Source: an uncultured Gemmatimonadales bacterium (GTDB lineage: Bacteria > Gemmatimonadota > Gemmatimonadetes > Gemmatimonadales > Gemmatimonadaceae). From it: DNA of 64,000 nt. The stretch is from NCBI GenBank assembly GCA_963851265.1, contig CAWKNZ010000002.1, positions 1,408,001 to 1,472,000 of the forward strand. Direction: 5' to 3'. Below the pieces are notes generated by a model. The model was not told where the DNA came from, searched no databases, and was given only the letters and a program-made list of their open reading frames with translations. Shown piece by piece: positions 35,399 to 46,982 of the stretch (within the stretch, counting starts at the first letter, position 1; every line of letters begins with the position of its first letter). The position numbers and the translations under genes are program-made.

Positions 35399-36061
35399 TT
35401 ACGAAGTCGGCAGCCCCGCCGCGAACGACTTGAAGCCGCAGTTCTGGTCGATCGTGGCGCGGATCGAAAATGCGCCCGTGAGCGGGTCGACGCTGTCGAT
35501 CACGAGCTTGGCATAGAATGGCGACCCGGCGGTGCACGCGAGGCCCGCGGCCTGCACGACGACGGTCTGGCCGACCGTCACGCGGAACGCCGAATCGGCC
35601 TGGTACGTCCCGCCCGGCGCGCTCTGGAGCGAATCGTAGAGCGTCGTCGACGTCTGGAATCCGGTACGCGGCGAGCTCAGCGCCGACGCGATGAGCTTCG
35701 GCGGCAGCAGCACGATGTGTCCCGCGCTGTCGACGTTGAATGCGACGTCGAAGTTGGGCGCGAGCGTACTCGACCCAGTCACGCTCGTGTACGTGACGAT
35801 CGCGGGGCGGACGACGAGCGGTGTGTGGAGGTCGATCGCCGACCCGTAAGGCGGGGGCGCCGCGCGCAGCGGGAACACCGTGAAGGTCGTCGAGATCGTG
35901 TTGTACGACGCGATCGGCGCGTACGGGTCCCTGCCGCCGCACGCGGCGGCGACACTCACCGCCGCGGCGACGGCGCCGACGACGGCGGCCCGCACGCGGC
36001 GGGGCGCGCGGACGCGCGACGTTGCGGACCGATGAACCGGGCGGAGGTTGAGGGACGACAT
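35399..36061 (-). CDS. Hypothetical lipoprotein
   Basis: Arg-rich N-terminus, hydrophobic stretch, AAAC lipobox; beta-rich body with two more Cys residues. Confidence 0.7.
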   Translation of the reverse strand: MSSLNLRPVHRSATSRVRAPRRVRAAVVGAVAAAVSVAAACGGRDPYAPIASYNTISTTFTVFPLRAAPPPYGSAIDLHTPLVVRPAIVTYTSVTGSSTLAPNFDVAFNVDSAGHIVLLPPKLIASALSSPRTGFQTSTTLYDSLQSAPGGTYQADSAFRVTVGQTVVVQAAGLACTAGSPFYAKLVIDSVDPLTGAFSIRATIDQNCGFKSFAAGLPTS

Positions 36062-36205
36062 ACTTCAAGCTTATCGCCCGCCCCGCGGCCCGAGCAACGG
36101 CGCCACGCGGCGCGGACGCGCGGCGCGGCGGGCCGCGCTTGACCGGTATCGGGCACGACCGTTAGTTGCGCCGACGTTCCGCCGTTTCCCGCCGCGCCCC
36201 ACGCC

Positions 36206-36607
36206 ATGCCATCCTTTCGCGACCAGCTGCGCGCGCTCCAGGCGCACCCCGGAGTTCGTGCGGTGGTCGCGGCGGGTCGCGACGGGCTGCTCATCGACCA
36301 CGCCGTGGGCGAACACACGGCGGCGGCCTCGGATGCCCCGCAGCCGGTCGATCCGGCGGCGTACGCCGAGCACTTGGCGGCACTCGCGCCCGGACTCGTG
36401 ATGGCTGCGGAGATGCTTGCGGACGCCGACGGCGTCGCGAGCGGCCTGCGGTCGGTGGTCGTCGAATCGGGCGTCGGCCTCCTCGTCGCGCTGCCGGTGA
36501 CGCCGGAGGTCACGGTTCTCGCGGCGATAGATGCGGCGCACGCCGACGCGGGCGCGGCGATCGGACACGTGCGGAGCGAACGCGGCGCGCTGGCCGGATC
36601 GGTTTGA
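36206..36607 (+). CDS. Roadblock/LC7 (MglB-like) domain protein
   Basis: 133 aa; PGVRAVVAAGRDGLLID, EHLAAL, VVVES..G pattern. Confidence 0.75.
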   Translation: MPSFRDQLRALQAHPGVRAVVAAGRDGLLIDHAVGEHTAAASDAPQPVDPAAYAEHLAALAPGLVMAAEMLADADGVASGLRSVVVESGVGLLVALPVTPEVTVLAAIDAAHADAGAAIGHVRSERGALAGSV

Positions 36608-37044
36608 TGTCGACTGCGTCGACGCCGTCCACGGGTCGCGAAGGGGCCCGTCCGGTGCGGCACGTGCTCGTCGCCGACGACGAACCGCACATCGGCCGCA
36701 TCATCCAGATGAAGCTCGAACAGGGCCCGTTTCGCGTGACCCTCGTGCACGACGGGCAGGAAGCGCTCGACGCGCTGAACGACGGGCCGCACGTCGACCT
36801 CGTCCTGCTCGATCTGATGATGCCGCGGTTGAGCGGACTCGACGTGCTCGCCGCGGTGCGCGCCGATCCGCGCCACGCGTCGCTTCCATGCATCATCCTG
36901 ACGGCCGCCGGCCAGGAGCAGCAGTACCGGCAGGCCATGGCTCTCGGCGCGACCGATTTCATGACCAAGCCGTTCAGCCCGAAGAAGCTGTACGCCCGCG
37001 CGGCGGAACTCGCGGGCGTCACCGAAGGGGAGGCGGCCGCGTGA
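36607..37044 (+). CDS. Single-domain response regulator (receiver)
   Basis: VLVADDE, LLDLMMP, IILTA, FMTKPF; no output domain. Confidence 0.93.
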   Translation: MSTASTPSTGREGARPVRHVLVADDEPHIGRIIQMKLEQGPFRVTLVHDGQEALDALNDGPHVDLVLLDLMMPRLSGLDVLAAVRADPRHASLPCIILTAAGQEQQYRQAMALGATDFMTKPFSPKKLYARAAELAGVTEGEAAA

Positions 37045-38153
37045 GCGCGGTCGTTTCTCCCGCCACGCGCGGAGCGCCGATGGATGGCGCATGGGCCGTC
37101 GTGCTCGCAGGCGGCGTCGGGTCCCGGTTCTGGCCGATGAGCACGCCGGCGCGCCCGAAACAACTCCTGGCGCTCGTCGACGAGCATCCGCTGCTCGCCA
37201 ACACGCTCGCGCGGCTCGTGCCACTGGTTCCGGCCGAACGCACGCTGGTACTCACGAATGCGACGCTGCGCGACGCCGTGCGCGCGCTCGCCCCTGAGCT
37301 GCCGGCCGAGAACGTGATCGCCGAGCCCGCCCCGGCGGGCACCTGCGCGGCGCTCGCGTGGGCGTCGCGCGCCGTCGCCACGCGTGGCGGACGCGACGCC
37401 GTGATGGTATGCGTCCACGCGGACTGGGCGATCGCCGATCCGGCGGCGTTCCGTTCGGCGCTCGCGCGCGCAGGTGACGCCGCGGCAGCGCACGCGAGCC
37501 TCGTCACGGTCGGAGTCGTTCCGACGCGCGACGATCCCGGCTTCGGCTACATCCAGCCGGGCGATCCGGTCGACGATGCCGCGCCCGCGGCGCCGGAGGG
37601 TGCGCCGGACGCGTCGCACCGCATCCGGCGCGTGGCGCGCTTCGTCGAGAAGCCCACGCGCGAGCGCGCGGCGCGCATGCGCGCCGAGGGGTACCTCTGG
37701 AACTCGGGGATCTTCGTATGGCGCGCGGGCGACTTCCTCGACGAGGTCGACGCGCTCGCCCCCGAGGTCGGCCCGGCGCTGCGCGCGGCCGGCGATGACA
37801 TCGCCCGCTTCTTCGCCGACGTCACGCCCGTCGCCGTCGACGTCGCGGTCATGGAACGGAGCCGCCGCGTGCTGGTGATCCCCGGCGACTTTGGGTGGGA
37901 CGACGTGGGCACCTGGGGCGCGCTCGGCCGCGTGCGGACGCGCGACGACAAGGAGAACGCGCCGAGCGGTGCGGTGTTCGCGCTCGATGCGCGGCGGAAC
38001 GTGGTGCACGCGGACGGGAACGCGGTCGTCCTGTACGGAGTAGATGACCTCGTCGTGGTGACGCGGCCCGGCCTCACGCTGGTCACGACGCCCGACCGGT
38101 CGAGCGACCTCAAGGCGCTGCTCGACGCGCTCCCGGCGGCGTTCCGGGACTGA
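37041..38153 (+). CDS. Mannose-1-phosphate guanylyltransferase (no isomerase domain)
   Basis: VVLAGGVGSRFWPMS, PKQLL, FGYIQPG, RFVEKP, LWNSGIF, WDDVGTW. Confidence 0.93.
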   Translation: MSAVVSPATRGAPMDGAWAVVLAGGVGSRFWPMSTPARPKQLLALVDEHPLLANTLARLVPLVPAERTLVLTNATLRDAVRALAPELPAENVIAEPAPAGTCAALAWASRAVATRGGRDAVMVCVHADWAIADPAAFRSALARAGDAAAAHASLVTVGVVPTRDDPGFGYIQPGDPVDDAAPAAPEGAPDASHRIRRVARFVEKPTRERAARMRAEGYLWNSGIFVWRAGDFLDEVDALAPEVGPALRAAGDDIARFFADVTPVAVDVAVMERSRRVLVIPGDFGWDDVGTWGALGRVRTRDDKENAPSGAVFALDARRNVVHADGNAVVLYGVDDLVVVTRPGLTLVTTPDRSSDLKALLDALPAAFRD

Positions 38154-38182
38154 CCCGGTTCGGCCCGAACCCGCGGGGTAGC

Positions 38183-39376
38183 ATGGCAGGTCTGTACTTC
38201 TACGACGACGCGGTCGCGCGAACGTTCGCGCCATTCGCGTTGACCCGACCGGGCGCGGAACTTCGCGCGGGCGCGCTGATCGTGCGCGAACGATGGGCGC
38301 GCGTGTTCGGGCTGGACGCGGCGGGGTTCCTCTCGTCGCCCGCGCTCGCAGGATTCGAGGAGCCGGGCGCGCCGGGTGCTGCGACGGGCCTACTGCCCGC
38401 GGGCAGCATCGTCATCCACGCGCGGTGCGTGCCCGTGCTCGACGTGCGTGCCGCGCCGAGCGCCGGCGCTTGGCGCTGCAACGGCCGGCTCGCGGCGGTG
38501 CGCCTCGGGAAGCCGGTCCCGGCCGACGCGTTCGCGGACGGCACGCTCACCCTCGACGCGTTCCGGGGCGTCGGCGACGATGCGGAGCTCGCCGGCTGGT
38601 GGCACGACGCGTCGTGGGACTACGTCGGGCACCTCGCCGCACAGCTCGCGCGCGACCTCCCGACGTTAGGCGCGGAGATCGACGCGGTCGAGCACGCGGG
38701 CGTGGTCCTCGGCGCGCACGGCGTGTTCGCCGAGAGAGGCGCCGCGGTCGAGCCGTACACGGTGTTCGACACGTCGGCCGGCCCCGTCGTGGTCCGCCGC
38801 GGCGCGACGGTGCAGGCGTTCACGCGCGTCGTCGGGCCGTGCTACATCGGCGAAGGCTCGGTCGTCACGGCCGACCGCATCAGCGGTTGCGCGATCGGCG
38901 ATCACTGTCGCGTGCACGGCGAGATCAGCGCGTCCGTGCTCGTCGGGCACGCGAACAAGGCGCACGACGGGTTCGTCGGCCACTCCTATCTCGGGCGCTG
39001 GGTCAACCTCGGCGCGGGGACGACGACGAGCAACCTGAAGAACACCTACGGCACGGTCTCGCTCTGGACTCCGGGCGGCGTGCGCGACACCGGGCTGCAG
39101 TTCCTCGGCACGCTGTTCGGCGACCACGCGAAGACGGGCATCGGGCTGACGTTGACGACGGGCACGGTGGTCGGCGCTGGTGCGAACGTCTACGACCGGA
39201 TGCCGCCGAAGCACGTGCCGCCCTTCGCGTGGGGTGGCGGCGCGCCGTACGACACCTACGACGCGGAGCGGTTCGTGCGCGTGGCCGAACGCGCGATGGC
39301 GCGGCGTCAGCGCGCGCTCACCGCGGGAATGCGGGACCTGCTCGCGCGGGCGCACGCGCGTCGCGACGAGGGCTGA
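38183..39376 (+). CDS. GlmU-related putative sugar nucleotidyltransferase with hexapeptide repeats
   Basis: PFALTRP.AELRAG, NKAHDGFVGHSYLGRWVNLGAGTTTSNLKNTY. Confidence 0.85.
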   Translation: MAGLYFYDDAVARTFAPFALTRPGAELRAGALIVRERWARVFGLDAAGFLSSPALAGFEEPGAPGAATGLLPAGSIVIHARCVPVLDVRAAPSAGAWRCNGRLAAVRLGKPVPADAFADGTLTLDAFRGVGDDAELAGWWHDASWDYVGHLAAQLARDLPTLGAEIDAVEHAGVVLGAHGVFAERGAAVEPYTVFDTSAGPVVVRRGATVQAFTRVVGPCYIGEGSVVTADRISGCAIGDHCRVHGEISASVLVGHANKAHDGFVGHSYLGRWVNLGAGTTTSNLKNTYGTVSLWTPGGVRDTGLQFLGTLFGDHAKTGIGLTLTTGTVVGAGANVYDRMPPKHVPPFAWGGGAPYDTYDAERFVRVAERAMARRQRALTAGMRDLLARAHARRDEG

Positions 39377-39377
39377 C

Positions 39378-40193
39378 GTGCGCCTGTGGGTGTTAGGAAC
39401 GGGCAGCCGCGGCAACGCGGTGCTGCTGGAGAGCGACGGCGCGCGCCTCATCGTCGACGCGGGGTTCGGGGTGCGCGCGCTGGCCGAGCGGCTCGCGGCG
39501 GCGCGCGTGCCCCCGGAGTCGATCGCCGCGTGCGTGGTGACGCACGAGCACGCGGACCACGTGAAAGGTGTGCGGCACGCGGCCGCGCGGTGGGGGTGGG
39601 CCGTACACGCGACCACGGGCACGGCCGCGGCATGCGCGGGCGTGCGCGCGGCGGGCGCGACGACGTTCGCCGCGGGTGCGACGTTCCGCGTCGGCCCGTT
39701 CGCCGTCGAGACGGTCGCGACCCCGCACGATGCGGCCGAGAGCATTGCGGTGACTGTGACGACGGACGCCGGTGCGCGCGCTGGCGTGTGCTACGACCTC
39801 GGTCACGCTTCGGACGCCGTGCGCGCGGCGCTGGCCGACGTCGACCTGCTCGTGCTCGAGGCGAACCACGACGAGGCGATGCTGCGTGCGGGCCCGTATC
39901 CGCCTTCGGTCGCCGACCGTATCGCGGGCCGGTTCGGTCACCTGAGCAACCGCGCGGCGGCCTCGCTGGCGCGGCAGGTCGCCACGCCCGCGCTGCGCCA
40001 CGTGGTGCTGGCGCACCTCAGCGAGTCGTGCAACGAGCCACGCCTCGCGAGTGCGGACGTGGGTGCCGCGCTCGCGCGAACGCGTTTCCGCGGAGCGGTG
40101 ACTCCAGCGCTTCAGGACGTCGTCGCGGGGCCGTTCGTCGCGCACGCGGCGCCGCGCGCTCGCGCCGCTGAGCAGCTCGCGCTCGGGCTATAG
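39378..40193 (+). CDS. MBL-fold metallo-hydrolase (YycJ/WalJ-like)
   Basis: GTGSRGN, VDAG, THEHADH, PHDA, LEANHD, GHLSN, AHLSE. Confidence 0.9.
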   Translation: MRLWVLGTGSRGNAVLLESDGARLIVDAGFGVRALAERLAAARVPPESIAACVVTHEHADHVKGVRHAAARWGWAVHATTGTAAACAGVRAAGATTFAAGATFRVGPFAVETVATPHDAAESIAVTVTTDAGARAGVCYDLGHASDAVRAALADVDLLVLEANHDEAMLRAGPYPPSVADRIAGRFGHLSNRAAASLARQVATPALRHVVLAHLSESCNEPRLASADVGAALARTRFRGAVTPALQDVVAGPFVAHAAPRARAAEQLALGL

Positions 40194-40391
40194 CGCGCCA
40201 ACTCCGGGGTAGTACGGACTGTGAGCGGCGGGCGATCACGCTACGTTTTGCGCCGTTCCGCGCTAAGGAAGCTTAGTGCCCTACCCTGCCACGCCGGCCA
40301 CTCAGTCCTCGCCCCACTCGGGAGTCGAGACGGTGCCGGCGCGTCGAATCGACCTTCGCCGAGCGATCTGCTCGATCGTTGAGGTTCCGCC

Positions 40392-41051
40392 ATGCATGAG
40401 TACCACCGCCTACTCGAGAACAATCGCCGCTGGGCCGCCGACGCCATCGCCGCCGACCCGACCTACTTCTCGTCGATGGCGAGCGGGCAGCAGCCCATGT
40501 TCCTCTACATCGGATGCGCGGACAGCCGGGTCCCGGCCGAGGTGATGACGGGCCTCGGACCCGGCGAACTCTTCGTGCATCGCAACATCGCGAACGTGGT
40601 GCTGCCGAGTGACCTGAGCGCGATGAGCGTGCTGCAATACGCGGTCGACGTGCTCGACGTCAAGCACATCCTCGTGACCGGGCACTACGGCTGCGGCGGT
40701 GTGAAGGCGGGGATGGGCACGGAATCGTACGGCCTGGTCGACCACTGGCTCGGACCGATCCGCAACGTCGTGCGGTGGAACCGCCCCGAGTTGGACGCGA
40801 TCGCGGACGAGCAGGCGCGCTTCGACCGGGTGGTCGAGCTGAACGTGCTGGAACAGATCTACCACCTGAGCGAGACGCCGATCATTCAGCACGCGTGGGC
40901 GCGCGGGAGGCGTCCGATCGTGCACGGGCTCGTCTACGACCTCCGCAAGGGCCTCCTGCGCGAGATCGCCACCAACATCGGCTCGCAGGAAGACGCCGAC
41001 CGTCTGGCGATCAAGCGACTGGCCGGACCGCCGGCGGGCGCGACGCGTTAG
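40392..41051 (+). CDS. can: Beta-class carbonic anhydrase
   Basis: GQQP, IGCADSRVP, PGELFVHRNIAN, GHYGCGGV. Confidence 0.96.
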   Translation: MHEYHRLLENNRRWAADAIAADPTYFSSMASGQQPMFLYIGCADSRVPAEVMTGLGPGELFVHRNIANVVLPSDLSAMSVLQYAVDVLDVKHILVTGHYGCGGVKAGMGTESYGLVDHWLGPIRNVVRWNRPELDAIADEQARFDRVVELNVLEQIYHLSETPIIQHAWARGRRPIVHGLVYDLRKGLLREIATNIGSQEDADRLAIKRLAGPPAGATR

Positions 41052-41068
41052 GCCGCCGCGCGCCGGCC

Positions 41069-41698
41069 TCAGGGGGTGGGGGCGCGCGGATCCGCGACCG
41101 CCTTCACGGCCCGGTTGACGATCGCCTCGAGGCGCCCGGTCGTGGGGCACACGGTACGCGGACCCGCCGCCCCGGGGCGCTGCCCGGCGGCGAAGAGTTG
41201 CGTGCTGACGAGGCTCCCGGCACCATCCGGCGTCACACGCGAGAGCAGCGTCACCATCACGCGGTACTCGCCGAGTGACGGTTCCGCGTAGCTGCCGCCG
41301 CCGCAGGACACGTAACGTCGGAGGGTCGGGACGTCGATGCGGTCAGCGGCGCGGACGTCGACCGCGCCGACAATGTGCGTGGTCGTGTCGAACCGCGTCG
41401 CCGGGAATCCGGCGACGCGGTACGCATCGGTGAGCGCGGCGTACGCCGTCGCGACGGGCGCCCGCACGTGCACCTCGAACGCGGGGGCGCGGACCCCGAC
41501 GAGGCGCACCCCTTCCGCGCGCACCACGCCCTCGGCGCCATTCAGGACACGCAAGTCTTCGATGCGCTCCGCGGCGTCCGGAACGGGCGCGTTGGCGGGT
41601 GAACCGGTGGCCTGGCCGGCACACGCCGCCACGCACGCCGCGCACACGGTCGCGAGCGCGGCGGCGATGCGAACACGACTTTTGTGAGGAGGCTGCAT
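41069..41698 (-). CDS. Hypothetical lipoprotein
   Basis: Signal with VAAC lipobox; YVSCG and CPTTGRLE Cys pair. Confidence 0.6.
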   Translation of the reverse strand: MQPPHKSRVRIAAALATVCAACVAACAGQATGSPANAPVPDAAERIEDLRVLNGAEGVVRAEGVRLVGVRAPAFEVHVRAPVATAYAALTDAYRVAGFPATRFDTTTHIVGAVDVRAADRIDVPTLRRYVSCGGGSYAEPSLGEYRVMVTLLSRVTPDGAGSLVSTQLFAAGQRPGAAGPRTVCPTTGRLEAIVNRAVKAVADPRAPTP

Positions 41699-41769
41699 CG
41701 GGCGAAAGCTCGGCACGCGTTCGCCGCACCGCAACGACGCGCTCGAGGCTCGACACCCCCGGACGCACG

Positions 41770-41802
41770 ACGGCGGGGGCGTCCACTGGACGCCCCCGCC
41801 GT
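41770..41802 (-). terminator. Hairpin downstream of groEL
   Basis: Perfect inverted repeat ACGGCGGGGGCGTCCA-C-TGGACGCCCCCGCCGT. Confidence 0.75.
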
Positions 41803-41829
41803 TTCGTGCTGTCGCGTGACGAGCCGGAC

Positions 41830-43497
<1,668 letters not shown>

Positions 43498-43517
43498 TTA
43501 GTTACAGAAGGGGACGA

Positions 43518-43820
43518 TCAGCCGATGACGGCGAGGACGTCCGACTCGCGGAGGATGAGCAGCTGCTCGCCCTCGACGGTGACCTCGGTGCCGCTGTACT
43601 TGCCGTAGAGCACCTTGTCGCCGGCCTTCACGTCCATCGGGACGCGCTTGCCGTTCTCGTCGTACTTGCCGGGCCCGACGGCGACGATCTCGCCCTGCTG
43701 CGGCTTCTCCTTCGCGGTGTCGGGGATGTAGAGGCCGCCGCGCATCTGCTCGGTCTCTTCGAGCGCGCGGACGACGACGCGATCAGCAAGGGGCTTCACG
43801 GCGCTGGTGATGGTGGCCAT
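43518..43820 (-). CDS. groS: Co-chaperonin GroES
   Basis: [30 protein letters not shown]. Confidence 0.99.
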   Translation of the reverse strand: MATITSAVKPLADRVVVRALEETEQMRGGLYIPDTAKEKPQQGEIVAVGPGKYDENGKRVPMDVKAGDKVLYGKYSGTEVTVEGEQLLILRESDVLAVIG

Positions 43821-43857
43821 GTGTATTGCCTCTGCGAGTGGGTGAGTTGTTGTGGAG

Positions 43858-43884
43858 CTAGCACTCAGCGTTCGGGAGTGCTAA
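43858..43884 (-). promoter_or_regulatory. CIRCE operator (HrcA site)
   Basis: Minus strand TTAGCACTC-N9-GAGTGCTAG, one mismatch from the CIRCE consensus. Confidence 0.95.
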
Positions 43885-43891
43885 CACGGGC

Positions 43892-43920
43892 AACGTAGCC
43901 GTTGCGTCCCGCGACGTCAA
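43892..43920 (-). promoter_or_regulatory. sigma70-type groESL promoter
   Basis: TTGACG-N17-TACGTT, 7 nt upstream of CIRCE. Confidence 0.8.
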
Positions 43921-44004
43921 GCGTCGGCCAGGCGCGCGATGGCGAACCGTAAGTACCGGAATTGCAACACGTTACGCGATTATCCCGGGCGTCGCCCCGT
44001 CGTC

Positions 44005-44814
44005 CTACCCCGCCGCCTCCATGCGTTCCGCGTAACGGACCGTCGCGGTTGGCACCGCGTGCACCTGCCCGTCAGGCGCGCGGACGCGCAACTCGCCGCC
44101 CTCCGTCAGCCCGTCGGCGCGACCCACGACAGGCGCGGCGACCTCGCGACCGCGCACCGCATCGCGCGCGGCAAATCGAGCCAGTTCGTCGGGCGTGAGG
44201 ACGCCAGACGCCGCGGCGGCGGCGCGGACCGCGCGAACGACCGCGGCGAGGATGTCGGAGCGACGCACGGCGTCGCCGGTGCCGATCGCGTCGGGCAGAT
44301 CGGCGGGTGCGCGGCGGTTCACGCCGACCCCGACCGCGACCCACTCCGGCGCGCGGTCACGCCACCGCGCCTCGACGAGCACGCCGGCCAGCTTGCGATC
44401 CTTGAGCAACACGTCGTTGGGCCACTTGAGCATCGTCTGGCGGCCGACCAGCGCGTCGAACTCGCGCGAGAGCTCCAGGCCGACACGCAGTGAGAGCACG
44501 CCGAGCGCGTCGAGTTCGGTCGGCCGTTCCAGGATCGTCGTCCAGACGCCCCCCTCGGCGTCCGACACCCATCGTCGGCCGTTACGCCCGCGCCCGGCCG
44601 TCTGCACGTCCGCGACGAACACGGTGCCGGCGGGAGCACCTCCGGCACCCGCGGCGTGCGCCAGGTCCATCGTCGATGTCGCGTGCGAGTACGCGAAGAG
44701 CGCGGGAACTCCGATCCGCTCTCGCAGGAGCGCGACGCGCTCCCCGTCGTACGTGTCGGTGGCCAACGCGTCCGAGTCGTCCCCCCGCGGGCTCACCTGC
44801 GCGCCGATCGGCAA
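44005..44814 (-). CDS. birA: Biotin-protein ligase (no HTH domain)
   Basis: STMD, QTAGRGRNGRRW, KWPNDV, KLAGVLVE, GVGVN. Confidence 0.93.
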   Translation of the reverse strand: MPIGAQVSPRGDDSDALATDTYDGERVALLRERIGVPALFAYSHATSTMDLAHAAGAGGAPAGTVFVADVQTAGRGRNGRRWVSDAEGGVWTTILERPTELDALGVLSLRVGLELSREFDALVGRQTMLKWPNDVLLKDRKLAGVLVEARWRDRAPEWVAVGVGVNRRAPADLPDAIGTGDAVRRSDILAAVVRAVRAAAAASGVLTPDELARFAARDAVRGREVAAPVVGRADGLTEGGELRVRAPDGQVHAVPTATVRYAERMEAAG

Positions 44815-44838
44815 CGCGCCCGTCCGACGAGCGACGCG

Positions 44839-45705
44839 TTAGCGCGCGAGCGCGGCGACCGGGGCCGGCCCGGTCTCCTCCGCAGCCGGCGCTGCCGAGC
44901 GCACGCCCGTCGCGATCAGCGCCAGCACGGTCGCGCCCAGCAGCACCCGGTAGATGGCGAATGCGGCAAAGCCGTGGCGCGTGAGGTAGCGCAGAAGGAC
45001 GGTGATCGCGATCCAGCTACTGAGCGCCGCGGTGACGATCCCGACGAGCAGAGGCGCGCGCTCGCCCGTGTCGTGCAACAGCTTCGGGAGCTTGAGCACC
45101 ACGGCGCCGGCGATGATCGGCATACTCATGAGAAAGCTGAATCGCGCGGCCGACTCGCGGTCGAGCTGCAGCGCGCGGCCGAGCGTCATCGTCGAGCCCG
45201 AGCGTGAGACGCCGGGGATCAGGGCCGCGACCTGGGCAAATCCGAGGGCCCATGCGTCGCGCGAGCCCATGTCGTCGATGTGACGCGCCTGCGAGGCCCA
45301 GCGGTCGGCCACCCAGAGCAGCACGCCCATCAGAATCAGCATGCCGGCGATCAGCGCGGGCGAGCGGAAGGTGGTTTCCGCCTTCTGCTCGAGGAGCTTG
45401 CCGGCAATCGCGCCCGGAATGGTCGCGATCACGAGTAGCACGACGCGCCGGTCTTCGGCGGTCTCGATACGGCGGCGGCGGAGCAGATCGACCGCGCTGC
45501 CCGCGAGCGCGATCCAGTCGCGCCGGAAGTACCAGAGCAGCGTGATGAGCGTGCCCGCATGCAGCGCCACGTCGAAGGCAAGGCCGGGATCGGCGTTCCA
45601 GCCGAGGAGCCACGGCGCGAGTGTCAGGTGCGCCGACGAGCTGATCGGGAGGAACTCGGCGAGTCCCTGGAGGAGGCCGAGGACGAAGGCGTGCGAAAGC
45701 GGCAT
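44839..45705 (-). CDS. uppP: Undecaprenyl-diphosphate phosphatase
   Basis: QGLAEFLPISSSAH, HAGT, PGVSRSGST, AARFSFLMSMP, FAIYR. Confidence 0.96.
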   Translation of the reverse strand: MPLSHAFVLGLLQGLAEFLPISSSAHLTLAPWLLGWNADPGLAFDVALHAGTLITLLWYFRRDWIALAGSAVDLLRRRRIETAEDRRVVLLVIATIPGAIAGKLLEQKAETTFRSPALIAGMLILMGVLLWVADRWASQARHIDDMGSRDAWALGFAQVAALIPGVSRSGSTMTLGRALQLDRESAARFSFLMSMPIIAGAVVLKLPKLLHDTGERAPLLVGIVTAALSSWIAITVLLRYLTRHGFAAFAIYRVLLGATVLALIATGVRSAAPAAEETGPAPVAALAR

Positions 45706-45815
45706 GCGAGCGGTAGCGTACGGCAGCGAACGGGGCGGGCGGACACACGAGTGAGACGACGCCCGTGTACGCGCCCGCGCGGACGGGCGGTAAGGTAGCC
45801 CGTTCGGGCGGGCTG

Positions 45816-46982
45816 TCAGCCGGCGACCGCCACCGCGGGGTCGCGGCGCGCGGCCCGGGCGACCGCACGTGCGTAGAACGCTTCGTACTGCGCGACCACC
45901 GTTTCGAGCGAGTACCGCGCGCGCGCGTCGGCGGCTGCCGCGGCGCTCATCATGCGCCAGCGTTCCGGATCGGACAGGATGTGAGCTGCCGCCTCCGCCA
46001 TGCCGTCGACGTCGCCGACCGGGCAGAGCGCGCCCGTCTCGCCGTCGCGGACGACTTCTGGAAGGCCGCCCGTGTCGCTCGCGACCACGGGCACCCCGGA
46101 GGCGAGTGCCTCGAGCGCGGACAGCCCGAACGACTCGCTCTGACTGGGCAGCAGGAACAGGTCGGCCCCCGCGAGCAGGGGCGCGACCGCCTCCAGCTTG
46201 CCGAGGAAGTGCACCGACCGCTCGACGCCCAAGGCGCGCGCTTCCTGCTCCGCGTCCACGCGTTCGGGGCCGTCGCCGACCATGAACAGCACGCTCGGCA
46301 CGCGCTCGGTCACGCGGGCGAACACGCGCACGACGTCGCGCACGCGCTTGACCGCGCGCATGTTGGACACGTGCATCACCACCTTGCGTCCCTTCGGCAC
46401 GAGCCAGGAGAGCGCGGGCGGGTGCGCGGCGCGGTCGTACACGAGCGGGTCCACGAAGTTGGGGATCACCTCGACGGCGCAGCCCGTGCAGCCGAACGTG
46501 GCGATCGTCTCGCGGCGCAGGTACTCCGAGACCGACGTGATCCCGTCGGAGCGCTCGATCGAGAACTTCGTGATCGGGTGGAACGACGGGTCCTGGCCGA
46601 CGATCGTGATGTCGGTGCCGTGCAGCGTCGTGATCACCGAGATGTCGGAGCCCTGCGCGCGGAGCATCTCGCGCGCGATCCACGCGCTCGTCGCGTGCGG
46701 GATGGCGTAGTGGCAGTGGAGCAGGTCGAGCCCCTGCGTGCGCACCACCTCGTGCATCCGCACCGCGAGCGCGAGGTCGTACGGCGGGTATTCGAAGAGC
46801 GGGTAGCGGTTGACCTCGACCTCGTGGAAGAAGATCCGCGGCAGGAAGTTAGGCAGCCGGAACGGCTGCTGGTACGTGATGAAATGCACCTCGTGCCCGC
46901 GCGCGGCGAGCGCGATGCCGAGTTCGGTCGCGACCGCGCCGGAACCGCCGTAGGTCGGGTAACACGTGATGCCGATCTTCAT
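45816..46982 (-). CDS. bshA: N-acetyl-alpha-D-glucosaminyl L-malate synthase (bacillithiol biosynthesis)
   Basis: [57 protein letters not shown]. Confidence 0.93.
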   Translation of the reverse strand: MKIGITCYPTYGGSGAVATELGIALAARGHEVHFITYQQPFRLPNFLPRIFFHEVEVNRYPLFEYPPYDLALAVRMHEVVRTQGLDLLHCHYAIPHATSAWIAREMLRAQGSDISVITTLHGTDITIVGQDPSFHPITKFSIERSDGITSVSEYLRRETIATFGCTGCAVEVIPNFVDPLVYDRAAHPPALSWLVPKGRKVVMHVSNMRAVKRVRDVVRVFARVTERVPSVLFMVGDGPERVDAEQEARALGVERSVHFLGKLEAVAPLLAGADLFLLPSQSESFGLSALEALASGVPVVASDTGGLPEVVRDGETGALCPVGDVDGMAEAAAHILSDPERWRMMSAAAAADARARYSLETVVAQYEAFYARAVARAARRDPAVAVAG

